Shown here piece after piece: positions 13,806-25,279 of a stretch of DNA of 44,046 nucleotides. The notes under the pieces are model-generated. The model was not told the DNA's origin and did no database searches. It was given only the letters and a program-made list of their open reading frames with translations. The stretch is taken from contig JAQGDQ010001371.1 in the NCBI GenBank assembly GCA_030141605.1, positions 1 to 44,046 on the forward strand, in the 5' to 3' direction. The stretch comes from Tubiluchus corallicola. Taxonomy: Eukaryota; Animalia; Priapulida. Positions within the stretch are counted from its first letter, which is position 1. Each line of letters opens with the position of its first letter. The position numbers and the translations under genes are program-made.

Positions 13806-13817
13806 CTATTCTTACAG

Positions 13818-13999
13818 ATATCTCAAATTACGTTTTGATCCTGAAGATGACGAGGGTATTGTGATAATGAGAAATGAAAACGAGCAAAGCTGGCCATTGG
13901 AAAAACTGGATTTTGTTCTTAAAGCTTGTAGTTTTCCAACGAGATCAGCAGAGGATGAGGAGCGTTGCTCTTTCGTCAAGGTTACCGTCACTAATTTAA
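13818..13999 (+). CDS. Cadherin-repeat protein, left copy, exon F (phase 2-1), membrane-proximal domain
   Basis: attcttacag|...A|gtaagt; (R)YLKLRFDPEDDEGIVIMRNENEQSWPLEKLDFVLKACSFPTRSAEDEERCSFVKVTVTNL; phase fits exon E. Confidence 0.8.
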
Positions 14000-14077
14000 G
14001 TAAGTTTCTCTTTGATAAGGGGAAAATACCGGCAACAGAGATTTGCAGAATTGAAAAATGTATTCGTAATTTGTGAG

Positions 14078-15547
14078 CGTTTGCTAGCTGCAGTAACAGT
14101 AGCTCCAGTTATCTGGCTTTTTTATGGGACAGGACATTAGGCTGGTGTCGTTTGCTAGCTCCAGTAACAGTAACAGTAGCTCCAGTTATCTGGCTTTTTC
14201 TAAGGGACGGGACATTAGGCTGGTGTCGTATGCTAGCTCCAGTAACAGTAACAGTAGCTCCAGTTATCTGGCTTTTTCTAAGGGACAGGACATTAGGCTG
14301 GTGTCGTTTGCTAGCTCCAGTAACAGTAACAGTAGCTCCAGTTATCTGGCTTTTTCTAAGGGACGGGACATTAGGCTGGTGTCGTTTGCTAGCTCCAGTA
14401 ACAGTAACAGTAGCTCCAGTTATCTGGCTTTTTCTAAGGGACAGGACATTAGGCTGGTGTCGTTTGCTAGCTCCAGTAACAGTAACAGTAGCTCCAGTTA
14501 TCTGGCTTTTTCTAAGGGACAGGACATTAGGCTGGTGTCGTTTGCTAGCTCCAGTAACAGTAACAGTAGCTCCAGTTATCTGGCTTTTTCTAAGGGACAG
14601 GACATTAGGCTGGTGTCGTTTGCTAGCTCCAGTAACAGTAACAGTAGCTCCAGTTATCTGGCTTTTTCTAAGGGACAGGACATTAGGCTGGTGTCGTTTG
14701 CTAGCTCCAGTAACAGTAACAGTAGCTCCAGTTATCTGGCTTTTTCTAAGGGACAGGACATTAGGCTGGTGTCGTTTGCTTGCTCCAGTAACAGTAACAG
14801 TAGCTCCAGTTATCTGGCTTTTTCTAAGGGACAGGACATTAGGCTGGTGTCGTTTGCTAGCTCCAGTAACAGTAACAGTAGCTCCAGTTATCTGGCTTTT
14901 TCTAAGGGACAGGACATTAGGCTGGTGTCGTTGCTAGCTCCAGTAACAGTAACAGTAGCTCCAGTTATCTGGCTTTTTCTAAGGGACAGGACATTAGGCT
15001 GGTGTCGTTTGCTAGCTCCAGTAACAGTAACAGTAGCTCCAGTTATCTGGCTTTTTCTAAGGGACAGGACATTAGGCTGGTGTCGTTTGCTAGCTCCAGT
15101 AACAGTAACAGTAGCTCCAGTTATCTGGCTTTTTCTAAGGGACAGGACATTAGGCTGGTGTCGTTTGCTAGCTCCAGTAACAGTAACAGTAGCTCCAGTT
15201 ATCTGGCTTTTTCTAAGGGACAGGACATTAGGCTGGTGTCATTTTGCTAGCTCCAGTAACAGTAACAGTAGCTCCAGTTATCTGGCTTTTTCTAAGGGAC
15301 AGGACATTAGGCTGGTGTCGTTTGCTAGCTCCAGTAACAGTAACAGTAGCTCCAGTTATCTGGCTTTTTCTAAGGGACAGGACATTAGGCTGGTGTCATT
15401 TGCTAGCTCCAGTAACAGTAACAGTAGCTCCAGTTATCTGGCTTTTTCTAAGGGACAGGACATTAGGCTGGTGTCGTTTGCTAGCTGCAGTAACAGTAGC
15501 TCCAGTTATCTGGCTTTTTCTAAGGGACAGGACATTAGGCTGTCATT
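14078..15547. repeat. 78-bp minisatellite, ~19 copies
   Basis: Unit GTTTGCTAGCTCCAGTAACAGTAACAGTAGCTCCAGTTATCTGGCTTTTTCTAAGGGACAGGACATTAGGCTGGTGTC; 26-aa ORF periodicity. Confidence 0.97.
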
Positions 15548-15597
15548 TTGTTTGTTTGCAGAAACACGATGCTGATGTGTGATAAATATTATATTAA

Positions 15598-15873
15598 TAA
15601 TCTATTATCTTTCTTCCTACCATTTCCACTAGTACATCCTTCTACCCTTCCTGTGTGATCTAACCTTTCTCCCAGTTCTTTTTTTTCTTCACTCATCCAT
15701 TTTTTTATCAAGTTCACATGACAGTGGGTTTATACAAGCCTTTGCTTCTCTAGCCCCACTGCAGTACAATTATTCTATTATGATAACGATAGTGTATGAA
15801 ACATAACAATTTGATACAGTTGATGTCACTGTGTGCTTTATATTGTACTGAATGTGATAATAATAATAAAAAA
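15598..15873 (+). mobile_element. Dispersed repeat B, probably a LINE 3' tail
   Basis: Diverged copy at 22816..23112 ends in AATAAA plus an A-rich tail; mirror copy at 28123..28398. Confidence 0.6.
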
Positions 15874-15877
15874 GATG

Positions 15878-17840
15878 TAGTAGTTTTATTTTTGGTACTA
15901 ACATATACACCACAAGAAATGTTGAAGATCTACAGCTATATCAACATCTTTACTTTACTCCAAACTTATTTTAGTAGTTGCATCTCTGGTACTAACATAT
16001 ATACCACAAGAAATGTTGAAGATCTACAGCTACATCAACATCTTTACTTTACTCCAAACTTACTTTAGTAGTTGTATCTCTGGTACTAACATATACACCA
16101 CAAGAAATGTTGAAGATCTACAGCTACATCAACATCTTTACTTTACTCCAAACTTACTTTAGTAGTTGTATCTCTGGTACTAACATATACACCACAAGAA
16201 ATGTTGAAGATCTACAGCTACATCAACATCTTTACTTTGCTCCAAACTTACTTTAGCAGTTGTATCTCTGGTACTAACATATATACCACATGAAATGTTG
16301 AAGATCTACAGCTACATCAACATCTTTACTTTACTCCAAACTTACTTTAGTAGTTGTATCTCTGGTACTAACATATATACCACAAGAAATGTTGAAGACC
16401 TACAGCTACATCAACATCTTTACTTTACTCCAAACTTACTTTAGTAGTTGTATCTCTGGTACTAACATATATACCACAAGAAATGTTGAAGATCTACAGC
16501 TACATCAACATCTTTACTTTACTCCAAACTTACTTTAGTAGTTGTATCTCTGGTACTAACATATATACCACAAGAAATGTTGAAGATCTACAGCTACATC
16601 AACATCTTTACTTTACTCCAAACTTACTTTAGTAGTTTTATCTCTGGTACTAACATATACACCACATGAAATGTTGAAGATCTACAGCTACATCAACATC
16701 TTTACTTTACTCCAAACTTACTTTAGTAGTTTTATCTCTGGTACTAACATATACACCACATGAAATGTTGAAGATCTACAGCTACATCAACATCTTTACT
16801 TTACTCCAAACTTACTTTAGTAGTTTTATCTCTGGTACTAACATATACACCACATGAAATGTTGAAGATCTACAGCTACATCAACATCTTTACTTTACTC
16901 CAAACTTACTTTAGTAGTTTTATCTCTGGTACTAACATATACACCACATGAAATGTTGAAGATCTACAGCTACATCAACATCTTTACTTTACTCCAAACT
17001 TACTTTAGTAGTTGCATCTCTGGTACTAACATATATACCACATGAAATGTTGAAGATCTACAGCTACATCAACATCTTTACTTTACTCCAAACTTACTTT
17101 AGTAGTTGTATCTCTGGTACTAACATATATACCACAAGAAATGTTGAAGATCTACAGCTACATCAACATCTTTACTTTACTCCAAACTTACTTTAGTAGT
17201 TGTATCTCTGGTACTAACATATATACCACAAGAAATGTTGAAGATCTACAGCTACATCAACATCTTTACTTTACTCCAAACTTACTTTAGTAGTTGTATC
17301 TCTGGTACTAACATATATACCACAAGAAATGTTGAAGATCTACAGCTACATCAACATCTTTACTTTACTCCAAACTTACTTTAGTAGTTGTATCTCTGGT
17401 ACTAACATATATACCACATGAAATGTTGAAGATCTACAGCTACATCAACATCTTTACTTTACTCCAAACTTACTTTAGTAGTTGTATCTCTGGTACTAAC
17501 ATATATACCACATGAAATGTTGAAGATCTACAGCTACATCAACATCTTTACTTTACTCCAAACTTACTTTAGTAGTTGTATCTCTGGTACTAACATATAT
17601 ACCACATGAAATGTTGAAGATCTACAGCTACATCAACATCTTTACTTTACTCCAAACTTACTTTAGTAGTTGTATCTCTGGTACTAACATATATACCACA
17701 TGAAATGTTGAAGATCTACAGCTACATCAACATCTTTACTTTACTCCAAACTTACTTTAGTAGTTGCATCTCTGGTACTAACATATATACCACATGAAAT
17801 GTTGAAGATCTACAGCTACATCAACATCTTTACTTTACTC
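15878..17840. repeat. 94-bp minisatellite, ~21 copies
   Basis: Unit TGGTACTAACATATACACCACAAGAAATGTTGAAGATCTACAGCTACATCAACATCTTTACTTTACTCCAAACTTACTTTAGTAGTTGTATCTC (16081 to 16175). Confidence 0.97.
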
Positions 17841-18565
17841 AGATCAATTGAGCTCAGGTCCACATCTGTCCACTCAGATCAAATGAGCTAAGATCCACAT
17901 CCATCCACTCAGATCAAATGAGCTCAGACCCGCACATCTGTCCACTCAGATCAAATGAGCTCAGACCCGCACATCCATCCACTCAGATCAAATGAGCTCA
18001 GACCCACACATCCATCCACTCAGATCAAATGAGCTCAGATCCACATCTATCTACTCAGATCAAATGAGCTCAGATCCACATCTATCTACTCAGATCAAAT
18101 GAGCTCAGATCCACATCCATCCACTCAGATCAAATGAGCTCAGATCCACATCTGTCCACTCAGATCAAATGAGCTCAGACCCACATCTGTCCACTCAGAT
18201 CAAATGAGCTTAGACCCACATCTGTCCACTCAGATCAAATGAGCTCAGATCCACATCTATCTACTCAGATCAAATGAGCTCAGATCCACATCTATCTACT
18301 CAGATCAAATGAGCTCAGATCCACATCCATCCACTCAGATCAAATGAGCTCAGATCCACATCCGTCCACTCAGATCAAATGAGCTTAGACCCACATCTGT
18401 CCACTCAGATCAAATGAGCTCAGATCCACATCTATCTACTCAGATCAAATGAGCTTAGATCCACATCCATCTACTCAGATCAAATGAGCTCAGATCCACA
18501 TCTATCTACTCAGATCAAATGAGCTCAGATCCACATCCGTCCACTCAGATCAAATGAGCTCAAAT
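17838..18565. repeat. 35-bp minisatellite, ~21 copies (spacer only)
   Basis: Unit CAGATCAAATGAGCTCAGATCCACATCTGTCCACT with variants. Confidence 0.95.
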
Positions 18566-18741
18566 GCACTCAAGAGTTGGTTATTCGAGTTATCAAGAGA
18601 TTTCTGTAAAATTTTTCTATATTCCACTCCATCAAACCAATTACTGAACAATCAAATGTTTCAATATGTATAAACGCTCAACCCACCGAATGGCAACAGA
18701 AGTGACGTCATAAATTCATGACGCAATTAACCCCAACTGCA

Positions 18742-19846
18742 ACTCAACTAAAAATTCAACTTGTTCCTCAACTCACTAGCAATCCAACTTGGTCCTCAAC
18801 TCACTAGCAATCCAACTTGGTCTTCAACTCACTAACAATTCATCTTAGTCCTCAACTCACTAAAAATTCAACTTGGTCCTCAACTCACTAACAATTGAAC
18901 TTGGTCCTCAACTCACTAACAATTCAACTTGGTCCTCAACTCACTAAAAATTCAACTTGGTCCTCAACTCACTAACAATTCAACTTGGTCCTCAACTCAC
19001 TAACAATTCAACTTGCTCCTCAACTCACTAACAATTCAACTTGGTCCTCAACTCAACTAACAATTCAACTTGGTCCTCAACTCACTAACAATTCAATTTG
19101 GTCCTCAACTCACTAACAATTCATCTTAGTCCTCAACTCACTAAAAATTCAACTTGGTCCTCAACTCACTAACAATTGAACTTGGTCCTCAACTCACTAA
19201 CAATTCAACTTGGTCCTCAACTCACTAAAAATTCAACTTGGTCCTCAACTCACTAACAATTCAACTTGGTCCTCGACTCACTAACAATTCAACTTGCTCC
19301 TCAACTCACTAACAATTCAACTTGGTCCTCAACTCAACTAACAATTCAACTTGGTCCTCAACTCACTAACAATTCAATTTGGTCCTCAACTCGCTAACAA
19401 TTCAACTTGGTTCTCTACTCACTAACAATTCAACTTAGTCCTCAACTCACTAAAAATTCAACTTGGTTCTCAACTCACTAACAATTCAACTTGCTCCTCA
19501 ACTCACTAACAATTCAACTTGGTCCTCAACTCACTAACAATTCAACTTGGTCCTCAACTCACTATTAATTCAACTTGGTCCTCAACTCACAAACAATTCA
19601 ACTTGGTCCTCAACTCACTAAAAATTCAACTTGGTCCTCAACTCACAAACAATTCAACTTGGTCCTCAACTCACAAACAATTCAACTTGGTCCTCAACTC
19701 ACTAAAAATTCAACTTGGTCCTCAACTCACTAACAATTCAACTTGGTCCTCAACTCACTAACAATTCAACTTGGTCCTCAACTCACTAACAATTCAACTT
19801 GGTCCTCAACTCACTAACAATTCAACTTGGCCCTCAACTCAACTAA
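18742..19846. repeat. 28-bp minisatellite, ~39 copies (spacer only)
   Basis: Unit CAACTTGGTCCTCAACTCACTAACAATT; strongly G-poor on the plus strand. Confidence 0.95.
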
Positions 19847-20331
19847 AGTTACTCGGCACAAATGACACGTGACTGGAAGCCACAGTGGTGGAACCCAGTT
19901 CATAAGGAAGCCTGCCTTTAGCTGTAGCAGACTGCCACAAAAGTGACAAAACATCTCATAAAACAGAACGAAATCTCTAATTTATAATGAAAATCTAAAT
20001 GAAAAAGAAATGGAATAATGCTGGTATCTGTCACCAGTAAAACGCAATACAAGACAAGACGAAAATTACTTACTCAAAGAAACAGAATAAAATGAAATTT
20101 AAAGAAAGGAGTGCGAGAAGCACAGTAAAGAGTAGCTTTTGGTGTTGTTCACCATGTTCAAGCAGACAAAGATAAACACGTCCAATCTCCGGTGATGATA
20201 TTCAACAGAAACGTGAAGAACCTATTGTACTTTATTACCAACTTTGCTCTGCACAAGCGTTTGTGGTGTGTTACCACTGTACCTGCCACTTTAACGTTTT
20301 TTAATCTTATCTTTCAAAACCCGCAATGTTG

Positions 20332-20506
20332 TTAAATTGTAAAATGTTTGATTTCGTTACGCATGTCGTAGTTGAATATAAGGCCATTGCAGCCGGTGCC
20401 ATTACCATCTTGCGTGATTAAAAGCCACGTGAAAATGGTAGCCAAAAGTAGAAAAGCTCCAGTTATTGGAATTCCGATGGATATCGTCTTCACATAATAT
20501 GAAATA
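20332..20506 (-). CDS. Candidate terminal exon with a hydrophobic segment
   Basis: ggatttcag| acceptor. Phase-2 frame reads ISYYVKTISIGIPITGAFLLLATIFTWLLITQDGNGTGCNGLIFNYDMRNEIKHFTI*; AATAAA on minus at 20236-20231. The phase-0 frame is also open for 34 codons, so the frame is uncertain. Confidence 0.35.
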
Positions 20507-20639
20507 CTGAAATCCAAACCACAATCGCTATAATAAACATGATCTATAATTACAAACTACTGATTAATAACATTAACTTTGAAGCCAGTGGCTAAGAATG
20601 ATGCAGTCAATGCAATGACGTAGTTTGCGTCATGACAAC

Positions 20640-20935
20640 AAGATATTTGCCAGCATGCCAGGACTCCCTGCTCGCCGCAATGCCCCCAAGTGGATTTATT
20701 TCTAAGGATCAAAGCTGAAGTGTTTAAATCTTTCTGTGCAAAATCTGAATATGTTAACATTTGTCCTCCTGCAGGTTTTTTAGCTGGTTCTATGGCTTGT
20801 TGAAGAGCTATCTTCACTGGAATATCATCAGGTAGTCTAAGCATATGCCCAATCCATCTTAAACGGCGTCTTTTTATTTTTCTTGTCCAAGGTTCTTCTT
20901 TTATTTTTTTCATATAGATCTTTGTTTGAAATTAT
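20640..20935 (-). mobile_element. RTE-like LINE ORF2 C-terminal fragment
   Basis: EPWTRKIKRRRLRWIGHMLRLPDDIPVKIAL...KKPAGGQMLTYSDFAQKDL matches the RRLRW-x-GH-x-x-R...RGRP...DL end of RTE-type ORF2. Confidence 0.8.
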
Positions 20936-21354
20936 ACTGTATGCTGTACATTAGTAGACCCCGATTCGTAGCGCACAATTTGGTAATTAATCAAATAATC
21001 TCATTAAAATTAACAATGTATTTTTTGCTGAATCAGTGGTGGTATGGCGATGCAGTAGCGTCTCACTAGGTGGCGTGAACATTTTAAATTTTTAAAATGG
21101 AAAAATTTCGTTTCTTTTGAAAATGCTTCCAAAAAAGTTATCCAGCTGAGTACAGAAAAAGACAAAATACGTCCTCAACAAGAGGTAGCAGTCAGTTAAT
21201 TTTCAACGGAATCTCTCGGTTCTATTAATGATTAATAACGAAAAGATTTGGAACCTTGATGTTGTATTGTTTTAACTGTTTAATTCTAGCATGCGTACGC
21301 TCTTCATTTTACATTTTGAGTTTTTCTTCTTGTGAAAATTTTCTAAAATTACAC

Positions 21355-22072
21355 TTGTAAGGGCGCCAGCAACCCTAGGGCGGGCCCAGCGTCAGTGGCG
21401 CAGTAAGTACTTATGGCACCAGGGGCAAAAAACTTCTGGCGCCCCACCCTTTTAAAATTTTGATCGTTTGCTTCGTGGATGAAGCCACGTTTTTTGCTTC
21501 CTGAGAGACTGAGCCAAACTTTCCTTTTTCGACATGATGGGATAAAGCTGAACCAGTTTTTTCTAAGAATCACCCTGAGTTTGATTTACTGTACTATAAG
21601 GAAACAGAGGAAACTATAAGGATAGCAGAGTAACTCCTTTCTGCTCACTGGATTAGGAAAGTTGCTGATAACACGACATAGTCGTTAAAATTCAGCCCCA
21701 GCATTAAAACGTGGAAAGATTATAAAAGATACATAACGTTAAGTCAATTTTTAACCTCTTTTATACTGCATGCAGGCCTATAATTAGCATGTGTAGGACG
21801 GCGTAGCGGACAAAGCAATAATGAGAAAATTAACTCTCAGTTAACCTAACGTTATTAATGTGCCTCTAACTAAATTGTTATTTACAGAAATTTATCACAC
21901 ACAAGTTTTAAGAAAATAATACACTGAAGCTACCAAACATTTTTTTACCTAATTCTAATTCATATTGAAAATGATTACATGCGAACTGCAATTTTCACTG
22001 CAAAAAAATTATTTGTCCGATTTTGCAGGGGGGGCGCAAATTTTGACAAGCCTCCCCCCAGTTACGCCCCTG
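21355..22072. mobile_element. Cluster of decayed hAT-like MITE ends
   Basis: GGGCGCCAGCAACCCTAGGGCGGGCCCAG (to 21389), CAGTGGCGCAG (21393) and CCAGTTACGCCCCTG (to 22072) are GC-rich TIR-like ends in AT-rich DNA; no TSD. Confidence 0.4.
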
Positions 22073-22446
22073 GATAAGAGACGGGAAAGAGATGGTCAAC
22101 ATTCCTTTAAGACATTCTCTAACAATACAATTACATACTTTGCCTGAACAAACTTTTACATTACGTGTAATGAATACGAAAAGTGCAGAAAAAACTATTT
22201 TGAGCACTTTGTTTGCTTTGTTTTGGTACTCCATAAAATGCTTGCGCATTCTGTAGAGTGCCCACATTGTCGCGGAAAAACAAATTCTTGTTAAAAGTTT
22301 CAATGGTTTGCAACAGATGGCGCTACGATTCAACACTTGGTCCTGATCCAATTTGCATTATGCGAAAAGTTGAAACGCTGAAGCCCAATTGTAGCACTAT
22401 TGCTCTACTACTAATTAAATCATAATTAGGGATTTTTCTTACTTTT

Positions 22447-22448
22447 TC

Positions 22449-22484
<36 letters not shown>

Positions 22485-22556
22485 CTCCCCTCTCTCTCTC
22501 CCTCTGTCTCTCTCTATCTCTCTCTCCATCTCCCTCTCTCTCTCTCTCTCTCTCTC
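22447..22556. repeat. (CT)n microsatellite
   Basis: Directly visible. Confidence 0.95.
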
Positions 22557-22815
22557 ATCATCATATTCAGTGTTATCATCCTCACTGCAAACCAGTGAAA
22601 TATAATCATGATTTTCAGCAAAGAACAGAAACAACACAAAACACTCTACAGAAATATAAGATATTCAATGAATATAATATTCATTGGCATAGAAAACCAG
22701 AGTTTTTTTCTCTTTTTTGTGCACGTGTGTCTTTTTGCACAAATGTTTTTCTTTTACTAATAGGTATCATTACGACCTTTGTTACTTTATTAGTAAAAGG
22801 TACAAATCAATTTGC

Positions 22816-23112
22816 AATCTATTATCTTTCTTCCTACCATTTCCACTAACACATCCTTCTACCCTTCCTGTGCGATCTAACTTTTCTCCCAGTTCTTTTT
22901 TTGTTCACTCATCCATTTTTTTATCGGGTTCACATGACAGTGGGTTTATACAAGCCTTTGCTTCTCTAGCCCACTGCAGTACAATTAATCTTTTATGATA
23001 ACGATAGTGTATGAAACATAACAATTTAATATAGTAGATGTAATAATTTTGATGTCACTGTGTGCTTTATATTGTACTGAATGTGATAATAATAATAAAT
23101 AAAAAAAAAATA
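22816..23112 (+). mobile_element. Dispersed repeat B, spacer copy with A-rich tail
   Basis: Aligns by eye to 15598..15873 (AATCTATTATCTTTCTTCCTACC...ATACAAGCCTTTGCTTCTCTAGCCC...GTGATAATAATAATAAA). Confidence 0.65.
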
Positions 23113-23831
23113 AAAAAATTTAAATGAAATTATTCATTCATCGCAGTCTATATCATTATCGTAATTACATATTATGTTTTCCTTATGTTTCCTTGCTGTT
23201 ATTACATCATTTACTTTATTACATCAATTTCATTGTCATCTACAAAAGCACGCATAACTTTAATAATTTTTTCATTTAAGTAAGGCGAGTGTGCTAATGA
23301 CCGTATGGTCGTACACTCACCTCACACTACTCAAATCATTTTATTTATTGTTTATTAATGTGTTTGATATTGTATTTTGATGTGTGAAAAATAAATTCAT
23401 AGTTCATAGTTCATAGAAATATATTTTTTATTTTTGCATAGAATATACTAATTAGAAGTGCTAAAAACAAAGAAAGACCAATATTATGACATATAATATA
23501 TATATATATATATAGTCATATTTTCATAATATTTATAGTAAAATTTACACGTCAAGAATATTACATATCGGTACATATTTAAATAAGAAAGGCCACACTG
23601 TAAAATTTTAAAAGTAAATCAGTTTTCATACAGGCACACTAAATTTAAAAATATATAAATCAGTACATAGGAATAATTAATGATTTGGCTGCTCAAAAAA
23701 ATAAATAGTTCCTAAAATTGTGTGCAAGCTGACCTACTGGCCTACCCTTTGGTAAAATCACTAAAAATAATCATTATTAGACAATAAGCCAGCAGATCAA
23801 CTTGTTTAATATATTTATGTTACATAGTTGC

Positions 23832-24156
23832 CGGGGCCGGCCCTAGGCGAAGTGAATTTGGTGGCCCCAAATGAAATAGAAAAATGAAAAATAAATACGA
23901 AAAAAATGAAATTATGCAATTTATTAAAAACTACCTGTATTTATATATAAATCAACAAATGACTGAAATTTATACAAACATATTCGGGCAGATGTCATAA
24001 ACCTTCAACAAAAATCAACTTTTCGTGCTTTGATGGCAGCAAAAAAGCGGTAGTGTCCTCTATTGTCTAAAATAGATGATACACAAGCTAGAAAACATTC
24101 ATGGCCAAATAACGCACAAAATTCTCAAAAAAGGCGTGCGGTAAGAGAGAGAGAGG

Positions 24157-24240
<84 letters not shown>

Positions 24241-24271
24241 AGAGGGAGAGAGAGAGAGAGAGAAAGGGAGA

Positions 24272-24328
<57 letters not shown>

Positions 24329-24357
24329 AGAGAGAGGGAGAGAGAAAGAGAGAGAGG

Positions 24358-24401
<44 letters not shown>

Positions 24402-24519
24402 AGGGGGGGAGAGAAAGAGAGAGAGGAGAGAGAGAGAGAGAGAGCCTCGGCGTGAGACCCCCCTGGAGGGTGAGGCCCTAGGCGTTTGCCTAGTTTGCCT
24501 ATGCTTAAGGCCGGCCCTG
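23832..24519. mobile_element. Relative of the terminal (CT/GA)n-containing hAT MITE
   Basis: Right end TGCCTAGTTTGCCTATGCTTAAGGCCGGCCCTG and left end CGGGGCCGGCCCTAGGCGAAGTGAATTTGGTG match the ends of element 20..1286; internal (GA)n at 24145-24443; flanks show no TSD. Confidence 0.75.
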
Positions 24520-24751
24520 CTTTCCTGCGTCAACATTTTGACAAACAACAGCCGTGTTTGCATCCCTGGAAGAAAGAGATTGTCCGCCTTCTCCTTGGCC
24601 TGTCTCGGGCTCACTTGTTTGCTCACTCTCAGAAGCGTCGGTCGGATTTGAACCCAAGAACTCGTTAGTTTGAGGAGATTTTTGATCTTGTGAACGCTCT
24701 GCTATGCAAGAGAAGCACTGACTACATTCCTGGCGGAGATTGTACACATGC
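24505..24751 (-). CDS. Candidate cytoplasmic-tail exon of the right cadherin copy (phase-2 acceptor)
   Basis: tttatttcag|G CAT GTG TAC...; HVYNLRQECSQCFSCIAERSQDQKSPQTNEFLGSNPTDASESEQTSEPETGQGEGGQSLSSRDANTAVVCQNVDAGKQGRP*; phase matches the TM exon; Ser/Glu/Gln-rich. Confidence 0.55.
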
Positions 24752-24968
24752 CTGAAATAAATGTTTCATATCTTGTTATCAAAAATAAGATACATTAATT
24801 GAAAATAAAACTAATTCTGGTTTTAAAATTAGGACAATGTACGTCTTGTTTTGAGTTCTGTGCAGATGCAGTGCAAATATAATAACAGTTTTACCACATC
24901 CAATAGTCCAAGACCAGAAGATTAGAGGCAGTGCAAACACATGAATCCAACTCAGTTACTATCTAGAT

Positions 24969-25279
24969 CAGTGGTTCCCAAAGTAGGGGTAAATTACCCC
25001 CCCCCCGGGGTAATATGGTTTTTTTTTGGGGGGGGGGTAACAGGGGTAAAATTTTTAAAACTTCGCTCGGAATGCATTTTACGTAGTTTTCTGGCAACAA
25101 TACAACAACAACACCTGTAAATTTATTTATGTCACGAGCAAACATAAATAACTTTGCTTACTTGTGGCATATACATGTGTTTACTTTTTGAGTTGGAGAA
25201 GTAGTACTAGGTGGGGGGTAATGGACACGACCGGGTTTCCTGATTTGGGTAACGGTCCGAGAAAGTTTGGGAACCACTG
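24969..25279. mobile_element. hAT (Charlie-like) MITE
   Basis: TIRs CAGTGGTTCCCAAA / TTTGGGAACCACTG; perfect 8-bp TSD ATCTAGAT at 24961-24968 and 25280-25287 (NTCTAGAN target typical of hAT-Charlie). Confidence 0.92.

Noticed and set aside
3665-13999. Assigning a specific gene symbol (PCDH15, CDHR, Cad99C, Fat)
   Set aside because: Motifs support the cadherin superfamily only; the N-terminus is missing and no search could be run.
1819-15582. Repeat-protein ORFs in the 36-, 72-, 48- and 78-bp arrays
   Set aside because: Unit lengths divisible by 3 keep frames open on both strands. Several arrays contain 1-bp frameshifts, and the 72-, 48- and 78-bp arrays lie in introns whose flanking exons join in phase without them.
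1855-19846. CRISPR arrays (28-, 35- and 36-bp periodic repeats)
   Set aside because: Units are head-to-tail with no unique spacers, there are no cas genes and the context is spliceosomal-intron eukaryotic DNA.
22308-22326. CTCF-like motif CAACAGATGGCGCT near the palindrome centre
   Set aside because: Single imperfect short match with no supporting context.
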